A stretch of DNA of 64,000 nucleotides from Chitinophagaceae bacterium (GTDB lineage: Bacteria > Bacteroidota > Bacteroidia > Chitinophagales > Chitinophagaceae): the NCBI GenBank assembly GCA_049425065.1, contig JBMSWW010000001.1, forward strand, positions 954 to 64,953. Reading direction: 5' to 3'. Numbering within the stretch: position 1 is the stretch's first letter; each line of letters opens with the position of its first letter. Below are positions 1 through 9,522 of this stretch, in pieces. The position numbers and the translations under genes are program-made. The notes below the pieces were generated by a model. That model worked only from the letters and a program-made list of their open reading frames with translations. It did not search any database and had not been told where the DNA came from.

Positions 1-473
1 AAGAGCAGTGAAATTATCGTGGAAGCAACCACTTTCAGTAAAAAATCACCGAAAGACCCAAAACTTAGCCATTCCAAAAAGACCAACCAACTATGATGCA
101 CCAAGGATAACAACAACACATAGATGGCATAAGGGGCCCAGAGTAAGGATTGGGGAGAGGGCTCCCGATAGTTGAACTCAGCACTATCTCGAGGAGTGAG
201 AAAATTTATTATAAAAGGACGCACGAAGGCGACCATTACACAAGCTGAAGCATGTAACCCGGGCGTTTGCAAAAAATAGTCTACGGACAGGCCCGTAAAA
301 AATCCGATCAATAATAACCAACGATTAGAAAGCCCAAAAGGAAGCCAGAATAAAAATAGAAAATAAAGAGAAGGACTAATGAAGCGATGCAAGTGAGGAA
401 CTCGGTTTAACACGTATACCTCCACCGCAACGAAGAGAAGAAAGCGAATACTATTTCTTAAAAAATCACTCAT
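1..473 (-). CDS. mreD: Rod shape-determining protein MreD (3' end runs off the window)
   Basis: Not in the ORF track. Read manually from ATG at 473: MSDFLRNSIRFLLFVAVEVYVLNRVPHLHRFISPSLYFLFLFWLPFG..., a hydrophobic sequence. ATGA overlap with the mreC stop; mreBCD gene order. Confidence 0.85.
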   Translation of the reverse strand, partial: MSDFLRNSIRFLLFVAVEVYVLNRVPHLHRFISPSLYFLFLFWLPFGLSNRWLLLIGFFTGLSVDYFLQTPGLHASACVMVAFVRPFIINFLTPRDSAEFNYREPSPQSLLWAPYAIYVLLLSLVHHSWLVFLEWLSFGSFGDFLLKVVASTIISLL

Positions 474-1348
474 CGGGGCTGAGTTTTTGAATCCTCTATT
501 CTTTTACGGCTCTGTTCATCCAAGTGTGTCTGTTCTTTGAATTGTAAATTCTCCACCACTAATACTTGTTGTAGATTATAAAAATTTGCAGCTGGCTTCA
601 CTTTCAGGAGCAGAAAATTAGTTCCCTTATCGCTGATAATCTGTGCCACAGTTCCCACTAGATAACCTGGAGGAAAATTAAATGAGTACCGGCTGGTTAC
701 TACAGAGTCCCCCACGCGAACGTTCAAACTTTTAGGTAAGCCTTTCACCAGTAAAAGTCCCGGATTTTTTCCGTCCCACTCCAAGGTGCCAAAGTCTCCT
801 GACTTTTTTAAAGAGACATTTACTTTTTGTTGCACATGAAGCAAACTCATTACTTGAGAAAAGCGAGGACTTACATTCACCACAATTCCCACTGCACTAC
901 CATCAGAGTTTAATACTGACATATTTTCTGAAATACCTGCCAGTGATCCACGATCTAACTGAATATAATTTTTTTCACTGCTCATAGAGTTATACACCAC
1001 ACTGGCAGGACGAAAGTAATAATGGCGATACCGCTGAACCGTATCGTCCGATACGGTGTCTTTCACTAAACGAACGATAGTATCTGTTTGCTGATATTGT
1101 TGTGCCAACAAATTCAATAACGAATCATTTAGTTGATTAAGTCTTCGGTTCTCCTCGCCCAGTGCAAAGAAGTTTTCTACTTTCTTGTAACGGGTATTGA
1201 TGCGGCCTGTCACTTCATTAGCAGTTTGTAAAAACTGTGCTTGATGAAACTTGTTATAGCTGTATAAAAACCACAACGACAACACCTGTAAAAATAAGAA
1301 GGTGAAGAAAGTAAAATAACGACGAATGAATAAAATGACGTTACGCAA
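470..1348 (-). CDS. mreC: Rod shape-determining protein MreC
   Basis: N-terminal TM segment and coiled coil, then NYIQLDRGS..GI and GDSVVTS..FPPG motifs; directly downstream of mreB. Confidence 0.93.
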   Translation of the reverse strand: MRNVILFIRRYFTFFTFLFLQVLSLWFLYSYNKFHQAQFLQTANEVTGRINTRYKKVENFFALGEENRRLNQLNDSLLNLLAQQYQQTDTIVRLVKDTVSDDTVQRYRHYYFRPASVVYNSMSSEKNYIQLDRGSLAGISENMSVLNSDGSAVGIVVNVSPRFSQVMSLLHVQQKVNVSLKKSGDFGTLEWDGKNPGLLLVKGLPKSLNVRVGDSVVTSRYSFNFPPGYLVGTVAQIISDKGTNFLLLKVKPAANFYNLQQVLVVENLQFKEQTHLDEQSRKRIEDSKTQPR

Positions 1349-1351
1349 CTC

Positions 1352-2377
1352 TTATCTCATTACAAAGGGAAAACGATCGTAGTTTTTCAACGCAATACCT
1401 GTACCGCGAACCACACTCTTCAAAGGATCATCCGCTATATGAACAGGTAGTTTAATTTTTGCACTTAGACGTTTATCTAATCCGCGCAACAGAGAACCAC
1501 CTCCAGTGATATACAAACCACGACGATAAATATCTGCCGCCAACTCAGGAGGAGTTTGTTCCAAAGCTTTGAGGATTGCCTCTTCAATTTTGAAAATACT
1601 ATTATCCAGGGCCTCAGCTATTTCCTCATAGCTTACCATAATTTGCTTAGGAATACCCGTGACTAGGTCACGTCCATTCACCGCAAAATCATCGGGTGGA
1701 TTATCAATATCTTTTAAGGCAGCCCCTACTTGTATTTTAATTTGCTCAGCGGTTCTTTCTCCAATAAGCAAAGAGTGATATCTACGAAGTGCCTCCATAA
1801 TGTCCGCTGTAAATTCATCTCCCGCTATTCGTATAGACTGATCACATACAATACCAGCCAAGGCAATCACCGTGATACCCGTAGTACCTCCGCCTATATC
1901 GATAATCATATTACCTACAGGCTCCTCTACATCGATGCCGATACCGAGTGCTGCAGCCATAGGCTCATGAATTAGATACACTTCTTTGGCTCCAGCTTGT
2001 TCAGCACTATCACGAACTGCACGCTTCTCAACTTCAGTAATAGATGAAGGAATACAAATCATCATACGCCAACTTGGAGGGAACAAAGGACGTTTTGGAT
2101 ATACTAATCTGATGAGCTCACGGATCATTAACTCCGCGGCATTGAAGTCAGCAATTACTCCATCACGCAATGGTCGTACGGTACGAATACTTTCATGTGT
2201 CTTTTCATGCATCATCAAGGCCTTCTTCCCCACCGCTAATACTTCCTTAGGATTATTTCTGTTAAGAGCTACGATACTGGGTTCATTCACTACTACTTCA
2301 TCATTATGAATGATCAGCGTATTCGCCGTACCCAAATCCATCGCAATCTCTTGCGTAAACCAATTAAAAATTCCCAT
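1352..2377 (-). CDS. mreB: Actin-like rod shape-determining protein MreB
   Basis: DLGTANT, EPMAAALG, DIGGGTT and TGGGSLL actin-fold motifs. Confidence 0.97.
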   Translation of the reverse strand: MGIFNWFTQEIAMDLGTANTLIIHNDEVVVNEPSIVALNRNNPKEVLAVGKKALMMHEKTHESIRTVRPLRDGVIADFNAAELMIRELIRLVYPKRPLFPPSWRMMICIPSSITEVEKRAVRDSAEQAGAKEVYLIHEPMAAALGIGIDVEEPVGNMIIDIGGGTTGITVIALAGIVCDQSIRIAGDEFTADIMEALRRYHSLLIGERTAEQIKIQVGAALKDIDNPPDDFAVNGRDLVTGIPKQIMVSYEEIAEALDNSIFKIEEAILKALEQTPPELAADIYRRGLYITGGGSLLRGLDKRLSAKIKLPVHIADDPLKSVVRGTGIALKNYDRFPFVMR

Positions 2378-2459
2378 GTACTAAATCACGTTTTGTGTGG
2401 TAACAAAGGTGCAGTAAAATAGTAACTTCTCAAAGGAGTTTTACCGTATCTTACCTGCT

Positions 2460-3674
2460 ATGCGGATCATTAATCGAACCATCTGGATCCTCTCGCTGGT
2501 AAGCCTAATTGCGGATATAGCCAGTGAAATGCTATATCCTGTAATCCCGCTCTACCTAAAAGACATAGGATTCAGTGTGTTACTGATCGGCATCCTGGAA
2601 GGTTTTGTGAATTTCACGGCAGGCATCAGCAAGGGATATTTTGGGGCTTGGAGCGATCGAAAAGGACTTCGACTTCCCTTTGTACGCTGGGGCTATTTTC
2701 TAAGTGCCCTTTCTAAACCGCTGATGGCTGCATTTCCTTGGCATTGGTGGGTGTTTTTGGCCAGAAGTACCGATCGACTAGGCAAAGGAGTTCGCACGGC
2801 AGCAAGAGATGCACTCCTGGCACAGGAAACCACTCCTGAATTTCGGGGACGGGTCTTTGGTTTTCATCGAGGCATGGACACTTTTGGAGCCGCCATCGGA
2901 CCTGTGCTGGCTTTGGCTTTTTTATTTGCGTTTCCTGGACAATACAGCTCTCTATTCTATTGGGCTTTTATACCGGGCATGCTGTCTGTAACGATGACCT
3001 TTTGGGTAAAGGAAACGCAGCAACCCGTTTCTATGGAAGCAAAGGGGAATTTCCTTTCTTATTTCCGCTATTGGAATCAAGCCAGCATAGCTTTTAAAAA
3101 GGCTATGCCCGGCTTTTTACTCTTTGCTTTTTTCAACAGCGCTGATATCTTTTTGTTACTGATTACTCGCGAGCATTTGAATAGCACACAGGTACAACTC
3201 GGCTCTATTATTTTAACAGCAGACACCCTTACCATTGGAGTGTACATCTTTTATAACCTGGTATATGCAATTGCGTCCTATCCGTTGGGAGCGTTGGCCG
3301 ATCGCTTGGGCACCAATGCCGTGATTATTGGAGGAATGTTGGTCTATGCGCTAGTCTATGCAGGTTTTGCTATGGAACCAGGTCTCCAAGAAATAATTGC
3401 CTTGTTTTTTCTCTATGGCATCTACGCAGCGGCCACCGAAGGGGTTATTAAAGCATGGGTTAGTAATAATACTGATAGCCGTCATCGTGCCACGGCCATC
3501 GGATTTTATACCTCTTGTGAAAGTATCGCTGCATTGGCCGCGAGTATTATTGCAGGAGTTGTATGGAGTAATTGGGGTGCCGCTACCACCTTTGCAGTGC
3601 CGGCTTTTGCCGCTGTATTAGCTGCAAGCTGGCTTTTCTATCAATTGAATTCAAAACCAATATCGCCACGGTAA
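2460..3674 (+). CDS. MFS transporter
   Basis: About 12 hydrophobic segments; GAWSDRKG, DRLGKGVRTAARD and GALADRLG MFS motifs. Confidence 0.88.
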   Translation: MRIINRTIWILSLVSLIADIASEMLYPVIPLYLKDIGFSVLLIGILEGFVNFTAGISKGYFGAWSDRKGLRLPFVRWGYFLSALSKPLMAAFPWHWWVFLARSTDRLGKGVRTAARDALLAQETTPEFRGRVFGFHRGMDTFGAAIGPVLALAFLFAFPGQYSSLFYWAFIPGMLSVTMTFWVKETQQPVSMEAKGNFLSYFRYWNQASIAFKKAMPGFLLFAFFNSADIFLLLITREHLNSTQVQLGSIILTADTLTIGVYIFYNLVYAIASYPLGALADRLGTNAVIIGGMLVYALVYAGFAMEPGLQEIIALFFLYGIYAAATEGVIKAWVSNNTDSRHRATAIGFYTSCESIAALAASIIAGVVWSNWGAATTFAVPAFAAVLAASWLFYQLNSKPISPR

Positions 3675-4915
3675 TACTTGCCTTCGAACAGAATTTCTTG
3701 TTGACGTTGGAATGACACCGCCGCCGCCTGAGGAATGTTGTTAGCAAAAGAAGTGACCGCTAACACACGACCCCCACTGGTTACTACCTGACCTTCTTTC
3801 AAGCTAGTACCCATGTGAAATACCAAGGATTCACTTTTCTTATCAAGACCGGTAATTGTAAAACCTTTTTGATAGTTTTCAGGATAACCTCCACTCACCG
3901 CAACTACTGTACAAGCAGTGCGCGGATCCACTTCCAATTTTTTAGCAGGCAGTTCCCCTTTAGCAGCCGCCAGCAACAACTCTACCAAGTCATTTTGTAA
4001 ACGAGGAATCACCACTTCAGTTTCGGGATCGCCCATGCGGCAATTATATTCTATCACATAAGGGTCGTTGCCCACAATCATAAATCCAATAAAAACAAAT
4101 CCACAATAAGGAATCCCATCTTTGGCTAAGCCGTCAATAGTAGGCTTCACTACTCGCTCTTCAATTTTATTCCATAGGGCCGTGTCCACAAAAGGGACCG
4201 GACTCACGGCGCCCATTCCTCCCGTATTTAGACCCGTATCGCCTACTCCGATTCGCTTGTAATCTTTTGCCTCCGGAAGAAGTATATAATGACGGCCATC
4301 TGTTAATACAAAAACAGAAATCTCAATTCCTTTTAAAAATTGCTCCACCACTACCTTTTTTCCGGCCTCCCCAAACTTAGAAGCACGGAGCATCTCTTCA
4401 AATCCCTGCAAGGCTGCCTCATGAGTCTCACATATCAAGACACCTTTTCCTGCTGCCAGCCCATCGGCTTTCAAAACAATCGGTAAGGGGTGGTTTTGTA
4501 AATATGAGCATCCCTCTTCATAATTATCCGCCGTAAACTCTCGATAAGAAGCGGTGGGGATACCATGTCTTTGCATAAATGATTTTGCAAAGGCTTTACT
4601 TCCCTCCAATTGAGCTCCCATTTCACCAGGCCCTATTATCATTAGCGATTGAAGCGAGGAATCTTCATGTAAGAAATCTACAATGCCTTTTACCAGGGGT
4701 TCTTCAGGACCTACCACCGCCATGTCAATCTTTTCTTCTTTACATAGGTCACGGATGGCTACAAAATCAGTAACGGCAATGGCCCTGTTATCACCCAACG
4801 AGAGTGTGCCCGCATTACCAGGGGCTATAAAAAGTTTTGTACAAAGGGGGCTCTGAGAAATTTTCCAAGCTAGGGCATGTTCTCGTCCACCCGACCCTAA
4901 AAGAAGAATGCGCAT
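3641..4915 (-). CDS. purD: Phosphoribosylamine--glycine ligase
   Basis: MRILLLGSGGREHALAW, LEGSKAFAK, KADGLAAGKGV, NTGGMGA and EYNCRMGDPE motifs. Likely start at 4915 (the ORF extends to 4924). Confidence 0.96.
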   Translation of the reverse strand: MRILLLGSGGREHALAWKISQSPLCTKLFIAPGNAGTLSLGDNRAIAVTDFVAIRDLCKEEKIDMAVVGPEEPLVKGIVDFLHEDSSLQSLMIIGPGEMGAQLEGSKAFAKSFMQRHGIPTASYREFTADNYEEGCSYLQNHPLPIVLKADGLAAGKGVLICETHEAALQGFEEMLRASKFGEAGKKVVVEQFLKGIEISVFVLTDGRHYILLPEAKDYKRIGVGDTGLNTGGMGAVSPVPFVDTALWNKIEERVVKPTIDGLAKDGIPYCGFVFIGFMIVGNDPYVIEYNCRMGDPETEVVIPRLQNDLVELLLAAAKGELPAKKLEVDPRTACTVVAVSGGYPENYQKGFTITGLDKKSESLVFHMGTSLKEGQVVTSGGRVLAVTSFANNIPQAAAVSFQRQQEILFEGKYYRGDIGFEFN

Positions 4916-4999
4916 ACTCATCATTTGTGCGTGCTAAAGGTAACTCTAAAAGAGGCCTTCTACCTTTTTTTGTGTATTTTGTCTCCTAAATCAACTTGT

Positions 5000-6700
5000 A
5001 TGAGTCAATTCCCTGCGAGCGATGCCGTGCAACCTCACAAAAACGGTCGACACCCCAAAGCGCTCTATGTTTTGTTCTTTACTGAAATGTGGGAACGATT
5101 TGCCTATTACCTGATGGTAGGCATTTTATTGATCTATATGACCGACTCCGTTACCGGAGGCAAAGGTTTTTCTGCGCGAGTGGGAGCTGATATTGTAGGA
5201 AGTTTTATTGCGTTGGTTTATCTCACACCCTTTATAGGCGGGTTGATTGCCGATCGTTATCTGGGATATATAAAATCAATTTTCATAGGGGGAACACTAA
5301 TGGCAGCGGGTTATTTTGGACTGTCAATACCCGGAGACACGGCCCTATTTGTGTCATTAGGTCTTGTGATCGTTGGCAACGGTTTTTTCAAGCCAAACAT
5401 TTCTACCTTATTGGGAAATATTTATAACCGTGACGATTTGAAGCCACTTAAAGATAACGCTTACAATATCTTTTATATGGGTATCAATATCGGCGCCTTT
5501 GTGTGCAACTTCGTAGCGGCTTGGTTACGCAATGCCTATGGATGGGGCTATGCTTTTTCTGCAGCTGGTGTGGGTCTGATCATTGGGCTGATTACACTTT
5601 TTTTCTTTATCAAAAATGAGGATATTAAAAAGGCGGACGTTAGAAAACCAGTGGAGGCAGAAGACATGCCGATTTCTAAAATTTTTACCAGCGTATTCTT
5701 ACCCGCCATTATTGCGGCGATAATAGGATGGATACTTCCTACAAAAGTTTTGGGTTCCCCAATCATGGGAACCCAAGCCAATGATGCTTTCATTTTCGCT
5801 TGTCTTCCCGTAATTGCCTTTTATGTTTCCCTTTGGGCCAAAGCAAAAGGACAAGACAAAAAAGGCATCGGAGCCCTCCTATTTATTTTTGCGATAAGTA
5901 TTGCCTTTTGGACTATCTATAATCAAAATGCAACGGGTCTGACGTTATGGGCCGAAAAACATACTGATCGTGTTGCATCTGAGTCTACTGCAAAAATTAC
6001 TAGTGCCATTTTTCCTTTACAAAAAGTAAACGACACTCCCAGATTGGTCAATAAACTGGATCCATACATGGTGCCTGTAAAAGATGAAGCAGGAAATATT
6101 GTCCAAGAGCTTGGGCCTGACCCTTATTTTGCCAATGTGCCCAAGGAAGAATGGCCCGGAGGAAACGATTTGCAACTCACGAATACCGAACTCTTTCAAT
6201 CAATCAATCCATTATTCATTGTATTGCTAACACTCGTCTTTGTTCCCCTATTTAGTTATCTGAGGAATAAAGGCAAAGAGCCTACTACCATGTCAAAATT
6301 TGGAATGGCCTTGTTCATCTCCGGACTCTCTGCCTTGATCATGATCTTCGCGATTCTTTCGGTTCCTTCCATTTATACGCACAAAGCCTCTCCCTACTGG
6401 CTATGGTTGGTGTACTTTGTATTTACCATCTCTGAAATTTTCTTAAGCCCTATGGGACTCTCCTTGGTATCTAAATTATCCCCTCCCCGCTTAACATCAT
6501 TGATGATGGGAGGATGGTTTTTATCTACCTCCATTGGAGGTAAGATTGCGGGCATCATGACCAGCTTCTGGGATGACTTTACCGATAAAAAAATCTTTTT
6601 TCTCATTCTGGTTGTTGCCGCTTTTGTGGGAGGAATCTTGATTTATTCCCGCATTAAATCATTGAATCAAATTGTAAGAGACAAAACAGGAGCTGATTAA
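5000..6700 (+). CDS. Proton-dependent oligopeptide (POT/PTR2) transporter
   Basis: EMWERFAYY (ExxERFxYY), GNGFFKPNISTLLG, FYMGINIGAF and FQSINP motifs. Likely start MSQFP at 5000 (ORF from 4925). Confidence 0.93.
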   Translation: MSQFPASDAVQPHKNGRHPKALYVLFFTEMWERFAYYLMVGILLIYMTDSVTGGKGFSARVGADIVGSFIALVYLTPFIGGLIADRYLGYIKSIFIGGTLMAAGYFGLSIPGDTALFVSLGLVIVGNGFFKPNISTLLGNIYNRDDLKPLKDNAYNIFYMGINIGAFVCNFVAAWLRNAYGWGYAFSAAGVGLIIGLITLFFFIKNEDIKKADVRKPVEAEDMPISKIFTSVFLPAIIAAIIGWILPTKVLGSPIMGTQANDAFIFACLPVIAFYVSLWAKAKGQDKKGIGALLFIFAISIAFWTIYNQNATGLTLWAEKHTDRVASESTAKITSAIFPLQKVNDTPRLVNKLDPYMVPVKDEAGNIVQELGPDPYFANVPKEEWPGGNDLQLTNTELFQSINPLFIVLLTLVFVPLFSYLRNKGKEPTTMSKFGMALFISGLSALIMIFAILSVPSIYTHKASPYWLWLVYFVFTISEIFLSPMGLSLVSKLSPPRLTSLMMGGWFLSTSIGGKIAGIMTSFWDDFTDKKIFFLILVVAAFVGGILIYSRIKSLNQIVRDKTGAD

Positions 6701-6719
6701 TTGAACCACTCCTCAAGAG

Positions 6720-6745
6720 AAGGCGGCCCTTGGGTCGCCTTTTTT
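6720..6745 (+). terminator. Rho-independent terminator after the first POT gene
   Basis: AAGGCGGCC-cttg-GGTCGCCTT stem followed by a T-run. Confidence 0.8.
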
Positions 6746-6776
6746 ATTATCTTCCGTACCTAAAATTACATTGGCT

Positions 6777-8426
6777 ATGTGGAAGTCTCATCCTAAGGCC
6801 CTGCCTTTTTTGTTTTTCTCAGAAATGTGGGAACGATTCGGCTACTATCTTATGATAGGCATCTTTACCTTGTACCTAAAGGATTCAGCCGAAGGCTTTA
6901 ATATGGATGAAAAAGAGTCCGCAAGTTTATACGGCACTTTTATTGCACTTGTTTTCTTTACCCCTTTTTTAGGAGGACTAATTGCCGATCGTTACTTGGG
7001 TTATCGTCGTTCAATCATTCTCGGAGGTATTTTTATGGGATTGGGCTATTGCCTTATGGGTATTCACAGTGAAGCCATGCTGTATACTGCAATGTCATTA
7101 GTGATTATAGGGAATGGATTTTTTAAGCCGAACATTTCTACACTCTTGGGAAATGTATATTCCACCCCTGAGCATGTTCACCAAAAAGATGAAGGATATA
7201 ACATCTTTTACATGGGTATTAACGTAGGCGCCTTTGTATGTAATTTCTTTGGAGCTGCCTTGTATACGATGATCGGATGGGGAGCCGCCTTTGCGGCAGC
7301 TGGAGTAGGCATGTTCATTGGCGTAATCACCTTCATTGCTGGCACAGGTCACTATAAAGCATTTGATACCCGCAAACCCTTGCAGCCGGGCGACATGCCA
7401 CTCTGGCAAATCATTGCGTTAGTAATATTACCTTCTATTATTTTCGGAGCAATTGGATGGTTTATCAAGGGTACAGAGGGTTACATCTTTGATTCGAACT
7501 CTACCGATGCTTTCATCTTTGCTTGTATCCCTGTCTTAGTATTTTATACCACACTATTATTGCGCAGTAGTAAAGAAGAAAGACCCGCTATGGGCGCTAT
7601 GTTGGCCATTTTTGCGGTGGTAATTTTATTCTGGGCCATCTTCAAACAAAATGGTTCTGCACTAAACACTTGGGCCAGTCGATATACTGACCGTGAAGTA
7701 AGTGGTACCACAGGCATTGTCCTTTCCACCTTGAAACAAACGGATAAAGCCTTTAATACTACTTATGTAAAAGACTCGGTAATCTTGTTGGATAATCAGT
7801 TCCGAAAAATAAAAGTGGATGGCGTCGAGCAAAAAGGACTTGACTACCCATCGTATTTCAAAAACATTCCCGCGGATAATCTTCCTAAAGAAGGAGAAAC
7901 CATAAAGGCCTGGCTACCCAGTCTAAGTCAATCCATCAATCCGTTTTGGGTAATTCTTTTAACGCCATTGGTAGTTGCATTTTTCACTTGGCTGAGAAGA
8001 AAAGGAAAAGAACCTTCTACCCCTGCCAAAATTGCATTTGGATTATTACTCTCTGCTCTTTCTGTGTTAGTAATGATAGCTGCGGTAAAAGCAGGTAATA
8101 ATGGCGCAGAGAAAGTGAGTGTTTGGTGGTTGGTAGGTAGCTATGGAGTAATTACCATCGGCGAGCTGTTTTTAAGCCCCATGGGACTTTCTTTGGTGTC
8201 CAAACTCAGTCCTGTACGCATTACCTCTCTCATGATGGGTGGATGGTTTTTATCTACTTCTATTGGAAATAAACTCAGCGGCATTCTCGCCAGCCAGTGG
8301 GATCAGTATGAAAATAAAGAAGATTATTTCTGGCTCAACTTCATTTTACTGGGATCTGCAGCCCTCTTATTATTCATTTTGCTGAAGTGGCTGAATAAAG
8401 TAATGAAATCTAAAGGCGTCAATTAA
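6777..8426 (+). CDS. Second POT/PTR2 peptide transporter (tandem paralog)
   Basis: EMWERFGYY, GNGFFKPNISTLLG, QSINPF and LSPMGLSLVSKLSP motifs. ATG at 6777 (ORF from TTG 6771). Confidence 0.93.
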   Translation: MWKSHPKALPFLFFSEMWERFGYYLMIGIFTLYLKDSAEGFNMDEKESASLYGTFIALVFFTPFLGGLIADRYLGYRRSIILGGIFMGLGYCLMGIHSEAMLYTAMSLVIIGNGFFKPNISTLLGNVYSTPEHVHQKDEGYNIFYMGINVGAFVCNFFGAALYTMIGWGAAFAAAGVGMFIGVITFIAGTGHYKAFDTRKPLQPGDMPLWQIIALVILPSIIFGAIGWFIKGTEGYIFDSNSTDAFIFACIPVLVFYTTLLLRSSKEERPAMGAMLAIFAVVILFWAIFKQNGSALNTWASRYTDREVSGTTGIVLSTLKQTDKAFNTTYVKDSVILLDNQFRKIKVDGVEQKGLDYPSYFKNIPADNLPKEGETIKAWLPSLSQSINPFWVILLTPLVVAFFTWLRRKGKEPSTPAKIAFGLLLSALSVLVMIAAVKAGNNGAEKVSVWWLVGSYGVITIGELFLSPMGLSLVSKLSPVRITSLMMGGWFLSTSIGNKLSGILASQWDQYENKEDYFWLNFILLGSAALLLFILLKWLNKVMKSKGVN

Positions 8427-8450
8427 AAAATTGAGCAGTACTTTTATACC

Positions 8451-9494
8451 ATGTACTACCGCATCAAAGCCTTGAAATACTTAACCCCCTTTGTATTTTT
8501 TATAGGGGCCTATATCTCCTTTACTAGCACAGGCTGGTGGGTATGGATAAATATGATCTTAGCATGGATGCTGATTCCTTTATTAGAGCTATTAGTTAAA
8601 CCAAACCCAAAGAACCTGAATGCTGCAGAAGAGGAATTAATTCGTAATGACTCCTTTTATGACTGGATCTTGTACCTAGTTGTACCCATACAGTATTTCT
8701 TACTCTACACCTTTCTCAATTCGCTGCAAGATACATCGCTTAGCCAATGGGATTGGGCAGGTAGAATTGCTGTAATGGGATTGCTCTGCGGTAGCTTCGG
8801 CATTAACGTGGCTCATGAATTAGGACATCGAGTGAATAAGGCTGAACAGACAATGGCAAAACTATTATTGCTTACTTCTCTTTACATGCATTTCTTTACA
8901 GAACATAATAAAGGGCATCATAAAAGAGTAGCCACCCCCGAAGATCCAAGTAGTGCTCGCAAGGGGGAATGGATTTATTTTTTCTATCTCAGAACTATTA
9001 TTAAAGGGTACCAGAGCGCCTGGCATATTGCAAATGAAGAAAGTCGTAAAAAGAATGGCAAGGCGTTCTCTTGGAAAAATGAAATGATACAATTTCAAAT
9101 TATTCAACTTGGCTTTTTGCTTTTGATCTATGCCTTATTTGGAGGGTATGCTTTATTCTGCTTTTTAATAGCCGCTTTAATTGGTATTCTTCTATTAGAA
9201 ACCGTCAACTATATCGAACATTACGGACTTCAACGTAAACTGCTGGACAATGGACGTTACGAAAGAGCCATGCCTTCTCATTCCTGGAATAGTGACCACA
9301 TTATAGGACGTCTTGTACTTTTTGAACTAAGTCGTCATTCAGATCATCATTATCTAGCCAGTCGCAAGTACCAATTGCTTCGTCATCATGATGATGCACC
9401 ACAGATGCCTACTGGTTACCCAGGCATGATGCTGCTGTCCTTAGTTCCTCCTGTTTGGTTTGCTGTGATGGATAAACGAATTGAATTACAATAA
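8451..9494 (+). CDS. alkB: Alkane 1-monooxygenase (membrane di-iron AlkB family)
   Basis: All four AlkB His boxes are present: HELGH, EHNKGHH, NYIEHYG and LSRHSDHH. Confidence 0.9.
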   Translation: MYYRIKALKYLTPFVFFIGAYISFTSTGWWVWINMILAWMLIPLLELLVKPNPKNLNAAEEELIRNDSFYDWILYLVVPIQYFLLYTFLNSLQDTSLSQWDWAGRIAVMGLLCGSFGINVAHELGHRVNKAEQTMAKLLLLTSLYMHFFTEHNKGHHKRVATPEDPSSARKGEWIYFFYLRTIIKGYQSAWHIANEESRKKNGKAFSWKNEMIQFQIIQLGFLLLIYALFGGYALFCFLIAALIGILLLETVNYIEHYGLQRKLLDNGRYERAMPSHSWNSDHIIGRLVLFELSRHSDHHYLASRKYQLLRHHDDAPQMPTGYPGMMLLSLVPPVWFAVMDKRIELQ

Positions 9495-9522
9495 CGTTTT
9501 ACAAAGAAAGCCTAGATGAAAG

